Below, piece after piece: positions 63,595 through 64,000 of a DNA stretch of 64,000 nt. Positions within the stretch are counted from its first letter, which is position 1; every line of letters begins with the position of its first letter. This DNA comes from Pyrinomonadaceae bacterium. GTDB taxonomy: Bacteria > Acidobacteriota > Blastocatellia > Pyrinomonadales > Pyrinomonadaceae. Location: positions 416,001-480,000 of the forward strand of contig JBKBYA010000001.1 of NCBI GenBank assembly GCA_046313635.1, read 5' to 3'. The notes below the pieces were generated by a model, which had not been told where the DNA came from, searched no databases, and worked only from the letters and a program-made list of their open reading frames with translations. Position numbers and translations under genes: made by a program.

Positions 63595-64000
63595 TTCCTC
63601 CTGACGAAGTAGACAACGCCCTTGTTGTCGTCCGTAAAGAGAAACGAATTTGCATCGAGCTTGATGATGTCGCAGGGGCGGCCCATGACGACGCCTCGCT
63701 GTAGGAAGCCGGTGATGAGGTCGCGCAGCCGTTCGCCCTTTCGCATCGCGACGATCTTGTATCCGCGGCCGATCGCCTTGTTGGTCGAGCCGTGAAGCGA
63801 AACGAGAAAGGCGTTGCGGATCGCGTCGGGCGAATCGTCGCCAAAACGATCGAACCCGAGCGCCGAGCTGCGTGCCGGGAAATACGCGTATGGCGGCGGC
63901 ACGCCTCGGCACCCGCCGGCTCGTTTGAATTTCGGGTCGGCGACGACACGCCCATTCGACGAATGACAATACGGCCATCCATAGTCGACCAGGTCAGAAC
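63588..64000 (-). CDS. Glucose/sorbosone dehydrogenase-like beta-propeller (3' part only)
   Basis: DYGWPYC, SSALG, LHGS, GRPCDI, TDD..GVVY; frame open to the window edge. Confidence 0.8.
   Translation of the reverse strand, partial: SDLVDYGWPYCHSSNGRVVADPKFKRAGGCRGVPPPYAYFPARSSALGFDRFGDDSPDAIRNAFLVSLHGSTNKAIGRGYKIVAMRKGERLRDLITGFLQRGVVMGRPCDIIKLDANSFLFTDDNKGVVYFVRRKV

Noticed and set aside
63250..63982. ORFs 63250..63978 and 63365..63982 with SSL/ESV repeats
   Set aside because: Read-through of the 9-nt array in alternative frames over the dehydrogenase gene

Overview
GC-rich bacterial chromosomal window. The gene content (Oar-like TonB-dependent receptor, DUF3857 pair, bshA, many secreted TPR and beta-propeller proteins) suggests Acidobacteriota, probably Blastocatellia; this is inference only. 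About 55 credible CDSs are mostly housekeeping or secreted: ruvB (partial), topoisomerase IB, fbaB, msrA, acs, xylG/xylH, moaA, queG, dapF, rlmN, pgeF, acpS, split LigD plus an ATP-dependent ligase, three exported nucleases, an ECF sigma/anti-sigma pair, a DUF433/PIN toxin-antitoxin pair and bshA. I recognised no rRNA, tRNA, CRISPR array, prophage or classical transposase. The most unusual signals: (1) a GxxExxY PD-(D/E)XK nuclease-fold gene sits inside the xylG-xylH operon between 41-bp imperfect inverted repeats of a 9-nt unit, and gene-less relatives occur elsewhere in the window, a candidate autonomous/non-autonomous mobile stem-loop system; (2) further 7- and 9-nt periodic inverted-repeat elements lie inside operons, including a ~340-nt one that could juxtapose a Shine-Dalgarno sequence and the bshA start; (3) a consensus sigma54 promoter precedes a ~410-nt structured region with no ORF of 60 aa or more (candidate ncRNA); (4) DapF has Ser at both catalytic Cys positions; (5) a 45-codon remnant of a third DUF3857 paralog; (6) several apparently leaderless genes. 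All calls are by-eye motif recognition; no searches or folding programs were run.
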